Below are positions 63,243 through 64,000 of a DNA stretch of 64,000 bases, piece after piece (the first letter of the stretch is position 1; each line of letters begins with the position of its first letter). Below the pieces are notes generated by a model. It was not told the DNA's origin. It saw only the letters and a list, made by a program, of their open reading frames with translations, and did no database searches. Source of the DNA: a bacterium. GTDB taxonomy: Bacteria; UBA8248. The DNA lies in assembly GCA_963692865.2 (NCBI GenBank), contig OY843592.1, positions 2,560,001-2,624,000 of the forward strand, written 5' to 3'. The translations under genes were made by a program, and so were the position numbers.

Positions 63243-64000
63243 CTAGGCGAAGTCGTTTTCCCAGATGCGCTTCAAGCGCTCCATCTCGTCTTCTTCCAGC
63301 GGCTCGGCGCCGACGCAGGAGAGCGCTTCCGCGAGTTGCTCCTCGCCCGAGAAACCCACCAGGGCGCAGGAAACCTCTTCATGCATCAGGACGAAGCGGA
63401 GCGCCGCCTGCGCCAGCGCGCGTCCCTCGCGAACGAGAAACGCGAGCTTTTCGGCGCGCGCCGCGTCCTTATGGTATTCCGAGCCGAGGGACAGCGCCGG
63501 CGGACGTTCATCCAGAAAACCCAGCAGGTTCGGCTCCGCCGTCAGCGCGCCCAGCGCCAGGGCGCGAATCGCCAGCACTCCCATGCCGATGGACGCTGCG
63601 CGCTCGATGAGCAGCTTATAGTCCACCGCGCCGAAACCCTCGGGCACGGGATAGGCCGCGCTCGGGTTGAGCAGGTTGAAATACGCCTGCACCGCGTGGA
63701 ACTCGCCGCTCTCGACCATCTCGGCCAGCGAGTCGGGATGCCCGACCCCGGTGAAGCCGAAAAAGCGCACGAGGCCGCGCTCGCGCAATGCCTTGAAGCC
63801 GTCGAGCACGCCGCCTGAGCGAAATATATCGGAGAGATCGAACACCACCTCCCCCACCGGCCAGTCTCTCCCGGGCGCCACGTAGTTGTGGATCTGGATC
63901 AGATCGACATGGGGTCGATCCAGCCGCGCGAGGCTCTTCTCCACCGAGGCGACCACCGCCTCTTCGGGCGCTTCGCGCTCCTCGGCGGTGAGGCGGATCT
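63243..64000 (-). CDS. Aldo/keto reductase (5' end off the window)
   Basis: SLARL...VDLIQIH, GLVRFFG, FNLLN, AQAALRF; the frame stays open to the window edge. Confidence 0.88.
   Translation of the reverse strand, partial: IRLTAEEREAPEEAVVASVEKSLARLDRPHVDLIQIHNYVAPGRDWPVGEVVFDLSDIFRSGGVLDGFKALRERGLVRFFGFTGVGHPDSLAEMVESGEFHAVQAYFNLLNPSAAYPVPEGFGAVDYKLLIERAASIGMGVLAIRALALGALTAEPNLLGFLDERPPALSLGSEYHKDAARAEKLAFLVREGRALAQAALRFVLMHEEVSCALVGFSGEEQLAEALSCVGAEPLEEDEMERLKRIWENDFA

Noticed and set aside
61960-63818. 404-aa (-) and 504-aa (+) ORFs overlapping the MFS gene
   Set aside because: Arg/Gly-rich alternative-frame artefacts; the hydrophobic MFS frame is the credible one.

Overview
A 64-kb core-genome segment of a Gram-negative bacterium. 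The gene order resembles deltaproteobacteria/Nitrospinota-like lineages (my inference; taxonomy not verified). About 55 housekeeping CDSs plus one tRNA(CAU), nearly all on the minus strand; only rpsT and rpsU are on +. In transcription order (right to left): AKR, MFS, aspS, era, [rpsU], recO, argS, SPOR protein, lipA, alaC, hom, apgM-like, lysC, glyQS, ppdK, ribD-ribE-ribB(X)-ribH-nusB, M17-N protein, lptE, holA, [rpsT], murJ, xerD, phoH, 7TM-HD, ybeY, HIT remnant, lapA, mutS, DUF4390-like, ntrY, response regulator::lpxC, purMN, lolA, rseP, ispG, proS, small Cys4 ORF, tRNA-Met, tilS, ftsH, pdxJ, nnr, tsaE, lptCAB, rpoN, hprK, EIIA, HPr, metK, ahcY. I saw no mobile element, prophage or CRISPR array. 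The standout is a 710-aa ORF (21839-23971). It fuses an NtrX-like response regulator (receiver, degenerate AAA+, Fis-HTH) in frame to an LpxC domain with its catalytic motifs intact, and it overlaps the stop of an NtrY-type sensor kinase. This is a candidate two-component system wired directly to the committed step of lipid A synthesis. All calls are by-eye motif recognition; no database searches were run.
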